From an uncultured Rhizobium sp. (GTDB lineage Bacteria; Pseudomonadota; Alphaproteobacteria; Rickettsiales; UBA1997): DNA of 62,134 nt. Below are positions 35,723-44,970 of this stretch, in pieces. The stretch lies in the NCBI GenBank assembly GCA_964434225.1, contig CAYSUM010000003.1, forward strand, positions 1 to 62,134, in the 5' to 3' direction. How positions within the stretch are numbered: the stretch's first letter is position 1; the number at the start of each line of letters is the position of its first letter. The notes beneath the pieces were generated by a model. The model saw only the letters and a program-made list of their open reading frames with translations. It ran no database searches and was not told the origin of the DNA. The position numbers and the translations under genes are program-made.

Positions 35723-35740
35723 AAGGCATAAGAAAAAGGA

Positions 35741-36826
35741 TTATCTGGATTTTTTTACGATCATCTCAACAATGTCATGCAGCTTCTTTCCCACTTTTTC
35801 ACAGGTATAATTCGCAAAGAATTTTTCGCTGGCTTTTGCAGCTAATCTTCTGGCGAAATCTTCATCTTTTGCCAAACGCTCAACCGCATCGGCGATCAAT
35901 TTTGGCATTGCTTGTGCGTCTTCTCTTGGAACTTTTAAACCATCAACTCCGTCTTCAATAATCTCGTCTGGACCCCAGCTGTTACTGGTAATAATCGGCG
36001 TATTATAAAGCATAGCTTCAAGCAAAACGATGCCGAAAGTTTCGCCAAAAGATGGCAGAATAAAAATATCAATTGAGTCAAAAAATGCTTTTTTGTCAGA
36101 AGTCCAGCCCAGAATTTTAAAACTATTTTCAACGCCCAATTCTTTGGCCATGGAATTAAGTAATTCTTCCTGATGCCCCACCCCGCCAATCACATATTCG
36201 CATTCAATTCCGCGATCGCGTAAAATTGGAAGCGCTTGCACCATTTTATCAAAATATTTTTCTGGATAAAGTCGACCCAAAGATCCAATGCGCAAAGGCT
36301 TATGAAATGCTGGTTTGACGGGCGCGACAAAATCTGCCGGAACTTCTATCATATTTGGAATTACGAAAGCCGTTCCCGGAGCTTTTCCAGCTTTGATCAA
36401 TTCTTTACTAAAATAAGAATTCACCGTCAAAACGTAATCGGCTTTTAAAAATTTACGCGGATTAATGCCGTGATCGATGGCGATGATGGGAAATTTTTTA
36501 GGACAAAAAAGACGTGCCGCACGAGTGAAAAACATCGCTCTGCCCGAATGACAAATTGCGGCGTCGGGCGCAAATTTAAAAAGAGAAAAAGCAATTCGCA
36601 AAATTGAGAAAATATCAATTTGACTGAAAGCTGGAACTTCAAGAAATTTCGATCCAGTTTCCTGAACATCTTTTTTAAAAACCATGCCGGTTTTTGTGAT
36701 CGAAATAACTTCGCAACCGTTGAAAATTAAGTATTGAGCGTAATCAATAAAACATCTTTCAACGCCCAAAATTTGATTATCGTTTTTGGATTTTTTATGG
36801 TTAAACAGAATATTCGCGACCTTCAT
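35741..36826 (-). CDS. GT4-family (GT-B fold) glycosyltransferase
   Basis: The C-terminal half carries the GT4 pattern LPSFGETFGIVLLEAM...GVDG (E-x7-E). Confidence 0.8.
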   Translation of the reverse strand: MKVANILFNHKKSKNDNQILGVERCFIDYAQYLIFNGCEVISITKTGMVFKKDVQETGSKFLEVPAFSQIDIFSILRIAFSLFKFAPDAAICHSGRAMFFTRAARLFCPKKFPIIAIDHGINPRKFLKADYVLTVNSYFSKELIKAGKAPGTAFVIPNMIEVPADFVAPVKPAFHKPLRIGSLGRLYPEKYFDKMVQALPILRDRGIECEYVIGGVGHQEELLNSMAKELGVENSFKILGWTSDKKAFFDSIDIFILPSFGETFGIVLLEAMLYNTPIITSNSWGPDEIIEDGVDGLKVPREDAQAMPKLIADAVERLAKDEDFARRLAAKASEKFFANYTCEKVGKKLHDIVEMIVKKSR

Positions 36827-38226
36827 TAACGCTGCCTTTTGATTTGATTGGGAATATTTTTTCGATATTTATCGATCTCTTCCTTATCGGCATTGAAGCG
36901 CGCCAATTCTTTACCCGCAAGCTTTAATCCTGATGTCGCTTTTACTTTTGCCGGATTAATCGGCTTGCCTTTGTAAACCACTTCAAAATGTAAATGTGGT
37001 CCAGTTGAACGTCCCGTACTACCAACATAAGCAACCACATCACCTTGGCGAACATTTGATCCGACATGCAATTTTGCAACATATCTGCTGGCGTGGCCGT
37101 AAGCCGTTGAATAATCAGAGTTGTGCTGAATTTGTACGAAATTTCCGTAACCACCTTTTTTACCGTAATAGCTGATACGGCCACTTCCGGCGGCTAAAAT
37201 TGGCGTTCCCATTGCTGCCGCAAAATCAATACCTTGATGCATTTTTGAATAGCCAAGAATTGGATGACGACGAAGACCAAAGGCTGAAGAAACCCGCGCT
37301 CCGTTGATTGGAGTTCTAAGTAATGATTTTCTAATACTGTTTCCTTTGGCGTCAAAATATTCAACTTTGCCATCAGTTTTGTGCATATAAAAATCAATCG
37401 AACGATTTTGCAAAGTAAGTGACGAGAAAAGCACATTGCCGTCTTTCACTTTTTTACCGTCTTGCGTGTAAAAACTTTCCACCAACATTTCGAACTTGTC
37501 GCCATTGTGAATATCGCGCTGGAAATCGACGTCATAACTGTAAAGCTGAATCATATTCATCATCGAAGTTGGAGAAATTCCCGCCTCAACGCCATCCGAA
37601 AAGAAACCGTTTTTTAGAGTTCCGTAATATCTGGAAACGTAACGCAATAAATTAATTTTAATTTCTCTGGCGTCGTATCCACCAGCATTAGTGAGCGAAA
37701 CCACAATTTCTTGATCAGGAGTGGTATTAATTGAAATGCTATTGATGGTTACGCTTTTGCCAAGATTTTCGCCGCTATTTTTCTGAGATTGATCCAAGCC
37801 AACTTTGACACGATATTTAATCAAAACTTGATCATTTTTAGAAATATTTTTTGGATTATAAACTTTCTTCATCTCGTTTATAATTGTGGCCACATCAGCT
37901 TCTTGCGCACCCAAATTGATCAAAACTTTGGTCAAAGTGTCGCCTTGTTTAATGCGATAATCCAAAACTTGCTCTTCGTCAAAATCAAAACCAATGTCAG
38001 ATCCGGAAATATTAATACGAATTGGAGTGGTTTGGTTTTTGCGAATTGAATAATCGTGATAGTCGTCGATCAGGCTTTGAGCATAGTCAAAACCGTTAAT
38101 CAAAACGAAGCTAGTCAGAATAGAAATAACGATTGGCTTAAAGAGATTGTGCTCAATAATTTGATCAAAAAAATCTCGCAGGAAGATCTTATCGATTTTT
38201 TTGATTTTCTGGATTAGACTTTTCAA
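36826..38226 (-). CDS. M23-family peptidoglycan metalloendopeptidase (MepM/DipM-like)
   Basis: An N-terminal TM is followed by a LysM/OapA-like segment (YRIKQGDTLTKVL). The M23 motifs HQGIDFAA and GPHLHFEV are present. The TTG start at 38226 is uncertain. Confidence 0.85.
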   Translation of the reverse strand: MKSLIQKIKKIDKIFLRDFFDQIIEHNLFKPIVISILTSFVLINGFDYAQSLIDDYHDYSIRKNQTTPIRINISGSDIGFDFDEEQVLDYRIKQGDTLTKVLINLGAQEADVATIINEMKKVYNPKNISKNDQVLIKYRVKVGLDQSQKNSGENLGKSVTINSISINTTPDQEIVVSLTNAGGYDAREIKINLLRYVSRYYGTLKNGFFSDGVEAGISPTSMMNMIQLYSYDVDFQRDIHNGDKFEMLVESFYTQDGKKVKDGNVLFSSLTLQNRSIDFYMHKTDGKVEYFDAKGNSIRKSLLRTPINGARVSSAFGLRRHPILGYSKMHQGIDFAAAMGTPILAAGSGRISYYGKKGGYGNFVQIQHNSDYSTAYGHASRYVAKLHVGSNVRQGDVVAYVGSTGRSTGPHLHFEVVYKGKPINPAKVKATSGLKLAGKELARFNADKEEIDKYRKNIPNQIKRQR

Positions 38227-38346
38227 CAGTAAAAATGTTGGGATTTGTATGAGCTTGCGTCTGGTCAGGCGTTATGTCGTGCCACATTGCAATATGAATT
38301 TGTCGCGCATTAAATCGTCACTTTTTTAAATTAGAATATTTTTTTT

Positions 38347-38397
38347 GAATTTTCTAAATTTAAACCTGTTTTATTCTTAAAAGGAATTTTCTAAATT
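38347..38397 (+). repeat. Two exact 14-nt direct repeats upstream of the carD-family gene
   Basis: gaattttctaaatt occurs at 38347-38360 and again at 38384-38397, a 37-nt period. The second copy ends 49 nt before the ATG. Confidence 0.5.
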
Positions 38398-38445
38398 GAA
38401 CGACCTCACAAACTCTTTCCATCAATCCAATTTTTTTAAGCACAA

Positions 38446-39576
38446 ATGCCTGCAAAAAAATCAAAAGCAAAAATTAAGCCTGCAAAAAAAGTCGCAAAAA
38501 ATAAACCAGCGAAAGTTGTAAAAAAAGCAACGGTAAAAAAAGCTGTGAAGCCTCTAAAAAAGCCAGCGAAGAAGATTGTAAAAAAAGTTGTGACTAAAAA
38601 AATTGTGAAGAAGCCTGCAAAAAAAATCGTTGTAAAACCAGTAAAAAAAGTTGCGGCAAAAGCCCCAAAAAAAGAAGTTAAAAAAACCGGTAAATTAGCA
38701 AAAACAAAGGACCTAAAATCTAAAGTTAAAGGATTGGACATCAAAACTTCTGCAAAAATTATCGCTAAAGCCAAAACCGCCAGCAAAATTAAACCTGAAG
38801 TTGAAAAAATTCCGGAGAAAAAAAGCGAAGCTCAAAAAAATCTTATCATTGTAAAAAAACTTTCTGAATCACGTAATAAAATCACTTTTAAGTCAGAAGA
38901 TTTCGCGGTTTATCCATCTCACGGCGTGGGCAAAATTGTTGATATCGAAAGAACTATGGTTTTGGGCCAAGATTTTAGCTGCTATTTGATGTATTTTGAA
39001 AAGGAAAAATTAACCATCAAAATTCCAGTAACTAGTTCAGAAAAAATCGGCTTAAGACATTTGGTTTCTAAGTCGCAAATGGAAGAAGTTTTCTCAATTT
39101 TAAGAAGCGGTGTTAAAAAATTAAAAGGCATGTGGAGTCGTCGCGCTCAGGAATATGAAACTAAAATCAATTCTGGCGACATCATGCTTTTAGCTGAAGT
39201 TTTACGCGATTTAACTCGCGACATTGAAGATGGCGACCGATCTTATTCTGAACGCATCATTTACGAAACTGCAGTTCATCGTTTAGCCGCTGAATATGCC
39301 GTAATCTATGGAATTGATTTCGAAGAAGCCAAAGACAAAATCATTTCAACCGCTAAAGATAAACTTGGCATCGAAGGCAAAATTAATCAGAAAGACGAGT
39401 TCGATGAATTCGATTATAAATCTGAAAAATCTGACGACGATGAAGACGAAGACGAAAATGAAGACGAAGAAGAAGAGGAAGACGATTTCGACTATGGCGG
39501 CGGTGGAAGCGATGAAGATTATGACGATGAAGATGACGACGACGATCGCCCAAAAAAGAAAAAGAGAAAAAAATAA
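38446..39576 (+). CDS. CarD/CdnL-family RNA-polymerase-binding regulator with Lys-rich N-terminal and acidic C-terminal extensions
   Basis: The core, about aa 147-310 (FAVYPSHGVGKIVDIE...RRAQEYETKINSGD...LAEVLRDL), is the CarD_CdnL_TRCF type. Residues 1-145 are K/A/P/V repeats, and residues from about 312 to 376 are D/E-rich and end in RPKKKKRKK. Confidence 0.85.
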   Translation: MPAKKSKAKIKPAKKVAKNKPAKVVKKATVKKAVKPLKKPAKKIVKKVVTKKIVKKPAKKIVVKPVKKVAAKAPKKEVKKTGKLAKTKDLKSKVKGLDIKTSAKIIAKAKTASKIKPEVEKIPEKKSEAQKNLIIVKKLSESRNKITFKSEDFAVYPSHGVGKIVDIERTMVLGQDFSCYLMYFEKEKLTIKIPVTSSEKIGLRHLVSKSQMEEVFSILRSGVKKLKGMWSRRAQEYETKINSGDIMLLAEVLRDLTRDIEDGDRSYSERIIYETAVHRLAAEYAVIYGIDFEEAKDKIISTAKDKLGIEGKINQKDEFDEFDYKSEKSDDDEDEDENEDEEEEEDDFDYGGGGSDEDYDDEDDDDDRPKKKKRKK

Positions 39577-40251
39577 ATGGAAGATTTCGCTCTGAAGCTA
39601 ATCGATATTCGAAAAAACTTCTCGCAAGCAGCGCAAGTTTTTGAAGTATTAAAAAGCGTCAATATAGAAATAAAAAAAGGCGAATTAGTTGCCCTTACCG
39701 GCCCTTCTGGCGCTGGAAAAACTACTTTACTTCAAATTGCAGGATTGCTTGATTCGTCAACTTCAGGGCAGATTTTTATCAACAGCATTGAAGCTTCAAA
39801 AGCCGATGATGAAACCCGCACCAAAATCCGGAAAAATCACATTGGTTTTGTTTATCAATTTCATCATTTATTACCGGAATTTTCGGCACTAGAAAATGTT
39901 GCTTTGCCGCTGCTGATTCAAGATAAAAGGAAGGAAGAAGCCTTTGCTGTCGCAAAACAAATTCTTAAAGAAGTTGGTCTTGAAGATCGCTTAAATCATA
40001 AGCCAGCGCAACTTTCGGGCGGACAACAACAAAGAGTTGCAATCGCTCGCGCCGTAATTTCAAAACCTTCGTTAATTTTAGCTGACGAACCTACTGGAAA
40101 TTTAGATTCAGCAATTTCAGAAAAGATTTTTGAGATTTTGCAAAATCTGGTTAAGAGCTACAAAATTGGATGTTTGATGGTCACGCATAATTTGGATTTA
40201 GCAAAAAAAGCTGATCGAATTATTGCAATTAAGGACGGGATAATTTCTTAG
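39577..40251 (+). CDS. lolD: Lipoprotein-releasing system ATP-binding protein
   Basis: Walker [10 protein letters not shown], signature LSGGQQQR and Walker [12 protein letters not shown] are present. The ATG directly abuts the carD-family stop. Confidence 0.8.
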   Translation: MEDFALKLIDIRKNFSQAAQVFEVLKSVNIEIKKGELVALTGPSGAGKTTLLQIAGLLDSSTSGQIFINSIEASKADDETRTKIRKNHIGFVYQFHHLLPEFSALENVALPLLIQDKRKEEAFAVAKQILKEVGLEDRLNHKPAQLSGGQQQRVAIARAVISKPSLILADEPTGNLDSAISEKIFEILQNLVKSYKIGCLMVTHNLDLAKKADRIIAIKDGIIS

Positions 40252-40276
40252 AGCCCTGTCCTAAGTATTTTTTGCA

Positions 40277-40294
40277 TATACCAAACTACAAATC
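40277..40294. repeat. Exact 18-nt repeat shared with the IS-remnant locus
   Basis: tataccaaactacaaatc is identical to 24920-24937, which spans the stop of the IS5-like remnant ORF. Confidence 0.4.
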
Positions 40295-40443
40295 TATTGA
40301 TCGCATTAACTTCGTCTTTTTGGTAATAATTACGAAGAATATCGGGATATATTTGGAGCAATTTTATCAGAAAATAAGCAAAAATAGAGTAAAATATGGG
40401 GTTAAAAAGATCTGGGACAGACTCCAAACACTACAATTCGGAT

Positions 40444-40485
40444 AAAAAAAACCCTCCGCTACTTTATGTAACGGAGGGTTTTTTA
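40444..40485. terminator. Bidirectional intrinsic terminator
   Basis: An A-run is followed by the stem ccctccg (40452-40458) pairing with cggaggg (40472-40478), then T6. It serves the PEGA lipoprotein gene on the minus strand and possibly lolD on the plus strand. Confidence 0.75.
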
Positions 40486-40506
40486 TTACTCAAATCTTCA
40501 CAAAAA

Positions 40507-41016
40507 TTATCGACGATTTCTATTATGATTCGACATATCCTGATTGTAATAATAAGGAATCATGTCAGCTGGCCTTTGCCCTGTTCCCATTGTTGAATTT
40601 CCAGAAAAGCTACTGCTTTTGGGAATCGCAACATTGTAAGTTTTTTCTTTGAAATCACCGCATCTTTGAGCGTTATACATGTTGAAAGAAAACACCAAAC
40701 TCATCATATCAAGAAAACATCTGGTTCCATCGGTAGTTCTTTCGCCATCGATTGTAGTTCTGATTGTTCCCCACCAAATTTCCATATTTAAATTCGCCGT
40801 TCCGTAACCTTCTTTAACTAAAACTGCGGTACGAGGCTTTGGCTCAAGATTCAAAGTTAATGGAGTTCTTCCATAATTTCTGCCTTCAATAAAAACATCA
40901 GCTCCTGAAGGAGTGCTATTAATTGCCACATCAACCGTTTTTGAGTTGAAGAAAGCACAAGATGAAGCCAAAGGAATCAATGCCAAAACGGCAATTGTGC
41001 GAAGTTTTAATTTCAT
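40507..41016 (-). CDS. PEGA-domain lipoprotein
   Basis: The lipobox PLASSCA and the PEGA motif INSTPSGADVFIEGRNYGRTPLTL are present. Confidence 0.65.
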   Translation of the reverse strand: MKLKLRTIAVLALIPLASSCAFFNSKTVDVAINSTPSGADVFIEGRNYGRTPLTLNLEPKPRTAVLVKEGYGTANLNMEIWWGTIRTTIDGERTTDGTRCFLDMMSLVFSFNMYNAQRCGDFKEKTYNVAIPKSSSFSGNSTMGTGQRPADMIPYYYNQDMSNHNRNRR

Positions 41017-41042
41017 AGTTTTTTATTTAATTTTCAAAAGTG

Positions 41043-41945
41043 TTATCGCTTCCAGCGATTATGAACCCAGAACCACTGCGCCGGATATTCTTTAATCCAG
41101 CTTTCAAGCTTCCGATTAATCTCAAGGGTTAATCGAACAACATCGTCATTTATGTTTTTGCCTCTTTGAAATTCAAGAGGTTTTTCGACTTCCGCTCTAA
41201 ATTCAAAACCCTTTTTGGTTCTGATAATTCTAGCTGGAATTAAAGGAACATCGTAACGCAAAGCAATGCGAGCAATTGAAGTTGTGGTAACCGCCTGATC
41301 GTGAAAAAATTGTATTGGCTCACCTTCGGAAATTTTTTGGTCGGCCAAAATAATTACGTAACCACCATTTTTAATAATTTCTATGATACGGCGATTGCCT
41401 TGCGAACTTTTGGTAATCAATTCAGTTTCGCGAATTGAAGCCGTCATTTTTTCAACGTAAGGATTGTTCAGCGGACGATAAACTGTGCCAACTTTAATCC
41501 CCAAATTTAGAAAAGCTTTCGGCCCCAATTCCCAATTCCCAAAATGGCCAGAGACAACGATTCCGCCTTTTTTATTAGCTTTCATCGCTTCTATATTATC
41601 GATGGTTTCTTGCGAAATCGTAACAAATTCCATCATTTCCTGCGCCGTAAATTTTGCAACATGAGGATATTCACCAACCACGCGACCAAGATTATCCCAC
41701 ATTTCATCAAGTATTTTTTCTTTTTCTTCTTTACTTAAATCTGGCAAAGCATTGCTAAGATTTCCATAAGCCAATTTATGAACAGCGATTTTTTTACCAA
41801 CAAATCTGGAGATTTGCGCACCAACTTCCGAAGCATTTTGTAAACCAATAGACTCAAATAACCAAAGTCCAAACTCAACAGCTGCAGCTTCCAGCAGATA
41901 TCGCGCGGTTTTAATTTTTGATTTTATCCAATCCCTAACATTCAT
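41043..41945 (-). CDS. lpxL: Lipid A biosynthesis lauroyl/myristoyl acyltransferase (LpxL/HtrB family)
   Basis: The catalytic motif SGHFGNWE (H-x4-E) and the C-terminal YPAQWFWVHNRWK are present. Confidence 0.8.
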   Translation of the reverse strand: MNVRDWIKSKIKTARYLLEAAAVEFGLWLFESIGLQNASEVGAQISRFVGKKIAVHKLAYGNLSNALPDLSKEEKEKILDEMWDNLGRVVGEYPHVAKFTAQEMMEFVTISQETIDNIEAMKANKKGGIVVSGHFGNWELGPKAFLNLGIKVGTVYRPLNNPYVEKMTASIRETELITKSSQGNRRIIEIIKNGGYVIILADQKISEGEPIQFFHDQAVTTTSIARIALRYDVPLIPARIIRTKKGFEFRAEVEKPLEFQRGKNINDDVVRLTLEINRKLESWIKEYPAQWFWVHNRWKR

Positions 41946-42924
41946 AATTTATAATTTTTTGTAGTTCTTGCTTCACAAATTCTTTATCCAAAAATTCTAA
42001 CTCAATATCCAGATAAGAAATTTTTTCTTGGAATTCTTTCGAAAATTTTACCCAATCTTTTTTGGTGGTAATAAGTTTCAAGCCTTTTTCTTGCGCGGCT
42101 TCGTATAATATTTTTAAATCAGAATCATTGTAAGAATAATGATCGGGAAAAGATTTTTCTTCGCACAATTCCAAATCAGAACTTTTTAAAAGCGAAAAGA
42201 ATTTTTGTGGATAAGCTAAACCACAAAATGCGGACAATTTTTTACCTCTAAATTCTTCCAAATTATTTACAACAAGATGGGCGCGGACAATTTTTTTACC
42301 AACTAATTTTCTTTGTAAATTCGCCGTCATTTCACCAACCACAACGATAAAGTTCGCTTTTTTTAAACCGCTGGCGATCGTTTCTCGCATTGGTCCAGCT
42401 GGAATTAAAAATTGATTTCCAAAAGCAATTTTAGCATCAACAACCAAAATCACCAAATTTTTATAAAGTGAGTTATTTTGCATTCCATCATCCAAAATAA
42501 TCGCTTTAATTTCTCTGATATTATCGATTTGTTGCGCACCAAATACACGCTCTTTTGCCACAAATGTTGGAGCGGTTTTAATCAGCAACATCGGCTCATC
42601 GCCAACATTTTTTGCCACATGTTTTCCATCGCGAAGTGCCACAAATTTCGCACCATCGCCCATATAACCCTTGCTCAAATAAGCGAATTCATAATCTGGT
42701 GGCGCAATTTCGCGAATAATTTTTCCCAAAGCGATAGCAACTGGAGTTTTGCCAGAACCGCCGGCAATCAAGTTGCCGACACAAATTACGGGTTTAGAAA
42801 TTCTATAAGGTTTTTGAAAAAATTTTCTCAACGACGACAGCAAAAAATAAATCACGCTGAAAGGCGTTAAAGCCAAAGAGATAATGTTTTTTTCGCTCCA
42901 AAATTGAGGGGTTTTTAACTGCAC
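41935..42924 (-). CDS. lpxK: Tetraacyldisaccharide 4'-kinase
   Basis: The P-loop VGNLIAGGSGKTP is present. The gene has a GTG start and overlaps lpxL by 11 nt. Confidence 0.85.
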   Translation of the reverse strand: MQLKTPQFWSEKNIISLALTPFSVIYFLLSSLRKFFQKPYRISKPVICVGNLIAGGSGKTPVAIALGKIIREIAPPDYEFAYLSKGYMGDGAKFVALRDGKHVAKNVGDEPMLLIKTAPTFVAKERVFGAQQIDNIREIKAIILDDGMQNNSLYKNLVILVVDAKIAFGNQFLIPAGPMRETIASGLKKANFIVVVGEMTANLQRKLVGKKIVRAHLVVNNLEEFRGKKLSAFCGLAYPQKFFSLLKSSDLELCEEKSFPDHYSYNDSDLKILYEAAQEKGLKLITTKKDWVKFSKEFQEKISYLDIELEFLDKEFVKQELQKIINYEC

Positions 42925-42928
42925 GAAC

Positions 42929-44317
42929 TTAAATAAATTTTGGTTGGATAGTTTTTGATTCGCTTTTGTTCTTCGCTATCAATCCTTGATTTTCAAGGCT
43001 TAAGACGTAAGAAGTAAATTCTCCGTCAGCAAGTTCAGTAATAATTTTTTCTTTGGAATTAATTTTAGAAATTGAAGAAATTAATTCGCCTTTTTCATTT
43101 TTTACCAAGGCAAATCCGCGCTTCAAAATTTCACTGTAATGACCAGTTTTTAAAAGTTTACCTAGATTTTGTAAGCGTAAATTTTCGATTTTCAATTCGC
43201 TCTCAATCCTTGATTTTGCTTGTAGAAAACCGTGATCCATTTTTTGTTCGAGCATTTTAATTTTATGAAGAATTTCTAGATTTGAAATTTGCAAAGTTGT
43301 TAATTTTTGTGATTTTTTTTCAAAAAAATTCGTCACCGAAAAAGTAAATCTTTTTTGAATTACTAAAAATCTTTCATGCATTTGATCCACTATTTTCGCG
43401 GGATCGACAATATATTTCTGAAGATTTCTTAAATGCAGAATTTTTTCTGAAATAAAATTCTGCGCTAAAAAATTTAATCTTTGATCGAAGAAATTGATCT
43501 GATTTTTTAGCTCAGCAAGAACTGGTGTTGCAAGCTCCGCCGCTGCTGTTGGCGTTGGTGCGCGCAGATCGGAGACGAAGTCAATTAAAGTTGTATCGGT
43601 TTCGTGACCGACAGCGGAAATTAAGGGAATTTCTGAAACAAAAACTGCACGAACCAATTCTTCATCATTGAATGGCAATAGATCTTCAAACGAGCCGCCG
43701 CCTCGTGCTACGATTAAAATATCGGGACGCTCTTCGCCTTTTAATTTATTAAAAAATTTGATGCCGGAAATAATTTCCACTGCTGCTTTATCGCCTTGAA
43801 CTAAAGTTGGATAAAGCTTCAAATGCACGCCACATCTGGCTTCAAGGCGATGAATAATATCTTGCAAAACCGCACCAGTTTCAGAAGTAATTACGCCGAT
43901 AATTTTAGGGAAAAATGGAAGTGGTTTTTTGTGAATTTCGTCAAACAAACCTTCCGCCGCTAATTTTTGGCGACGCTTTTCGAGCATTTCCAAAATGGCG
44001 CCGACACCTGCAATTTCAAGTTTCTCGACGATAATTTGATAATTTGATCGACCTTCAAAAGTGGTAACGCGACCAGAAGCGGAAACTTGTAAACCGTCAG
44101 CAATTTCAAAATTTACCAAACTTGCTGCGCCTCGAAAACAAACGGCCGAAAGCATTCCACCTTCGTCTTTTAAATTAAAATAAAGATGCCCTGAAGAAGC
44201 GCGTTTGAAGCCAGTGACTTCTCCTTTGATTCGCGCATAACCAAAAGAATCTTCTACGACGCGCTTGATTGAGCGCGAAAATTCAGCAACGGTAAATTCA
44301 GGAATGTTTTGGTTCAT
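42929..44317 (-). CDS. xseA: Exodeoxyribonuclease VII large subunit
   Basis: An N-terminal OB fold (VKGEVTGFKRASSGHLYFNLKD) is followed by the catalytic core (IVARGGGSFEDL) and a coiled-coil tail. Confidence 0.9.
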   Translation of the reverse strand: MNQNIPEFTVAEFSRSIKRVVEDSFGYARIKGEVTGFKRASSGHLYFNLKDEGGMLSAVCFRGAASLVNFEIADGLQVSASGRVTTFEGRSNYQIIVEKLEIAGVGAILEMLEKRRQKLAAEGLFDEIHKKPLPFFPKIIGVITSETGAVLQDIIHRLEARCGVHLKLYPTLVQGDKAAVEIISGIKFFNKLKGEERPDILIVARGGGSFEDLLPFNDEELVRAVFVSEIPLISAVGHETDTTLIDFVSDLRAPTPTAAAELATPVLAELKNQINFFDQRLNFLAQNFISEKILHLRNLQKYIVDPAKIVDQMHERFLVIQKRFTFSVTNFFEKKSQKLTTLQISNLEILHKIKMLEQKMDHGFLQAKSRIESELKIENLRLQNLGKLLKTGHYSEILKRGFALVKNEKGELISSISKINSKEKIITELADGEFTSYVLSLENQGLIAKNKSESKTIQPKFI

Positions 44318-44340
44318 TTTACTTAATTATTTAACAATAA

Positions 44341-44431
44341 CTCGTCATTGCGAGAAGCCAACAAGGCACAGTAGCAAACCGGCAAGGAACCTCTGAAAAC
44401 TGGGTCGCCACTCTACGCTCGCGATGACGAG
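44341..44431. repeat. Full palindromic element of the GTCATTGCGA family (arms outermost)
   Basis: ctcgtcattgcgag (44341-44354) and ctcgcgatgacgag (44418-44431) are inverted repeats matching at 13 of 14 positions. An internal ctgggtcgcc resembles the ctgggttgcc arm of the 29500 copy. Confidence 0.8.
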
Positions 44432-44901
44432 GTCTTTTCCAAAATATCTGGCTCAATTTCTTTTATTGTCTGAATAACAAAATCGCGTTTAAAAAGTTCA
44501 GAATGCGGAATTTTTAATTTTTCACCAAGATCAATCACCAAATTTTCAATCACTAAAATATCAATATCAATCTCACGCGGAGCCCATTTATCGCGCTCTT
44601 GTCGCCCTAGATTTTTCTCGATTTCTTTAATAATTTCTAAAATTCTTTCTGGGCTAAATTTTTCTAAATCAATATCGGCACTCAAGGCGATATTAAAAAA
44701 TTCCTGATCCCATTCTTGTGGAGAATTTGGCAAAAGCAGCGCCGGATTTTTAAGGATTTTTGATTGTTTTAAATTTTGTAAATAAAGCCTATTTTCAAGC
44801 TCTGCGACTGCTTTTTGTAGATAAGATTTTTTATCACCAAGATTTGAGCCAAGACCAAAAATTATTTTTTTCACACTCTTAATTTCACCTTTTTTTGGCA
44901 T
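44413..44901 (-). CDS. folK: 2-amino-4-hydroxy-6-hydroxymethyldihydropteridine diphosphokinase
   Basis: FGLGSNLGDK and PREIDIDIL are HPPK motifs. The start is ATG 44901. The last 6 codons and the stop lie inside the palindromic element. Confidence 0.85.
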   Translation of the reverse strand: MPKKGEIKSVKKIIFGLGSNLGDKKSYLQKAVAELENRLYLQNLKQSKILKNPALLLPNSPQEWDQEFFNIALSADIDLEKFSPERILEIIKEIEKNLGRQERDKWAPREIDIDILVIENLVIDLGEKLKIPHSELFKRDFVIQTIKEIEPDILEKTSSSRA

Positions 44902-44970
44902 TAACCCAGATCCGTCATTCAGCATCTCAAGAATTAGAAAAGCCTAATTTCTAAAGTTTAAAGCTTGATT

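Noticed and set aside
38436-38786. 116-aa Phe-rich minus-strand ORF.
   Set aside because: It is the antisense shadow of the Lys-rich (AAA/AAG) N-terminus of the carD-family gene. Its low-complexity F/A/T composition is a mirror artefact.
40396-40596. 66-aa plus-strand ORF in the lolD / PEGA-lipoprotein spacer.
   Set aside because: It runs straight through the bidirectional terminator hairpin and into the antisense of the lipoprotein gene. I see no motif.
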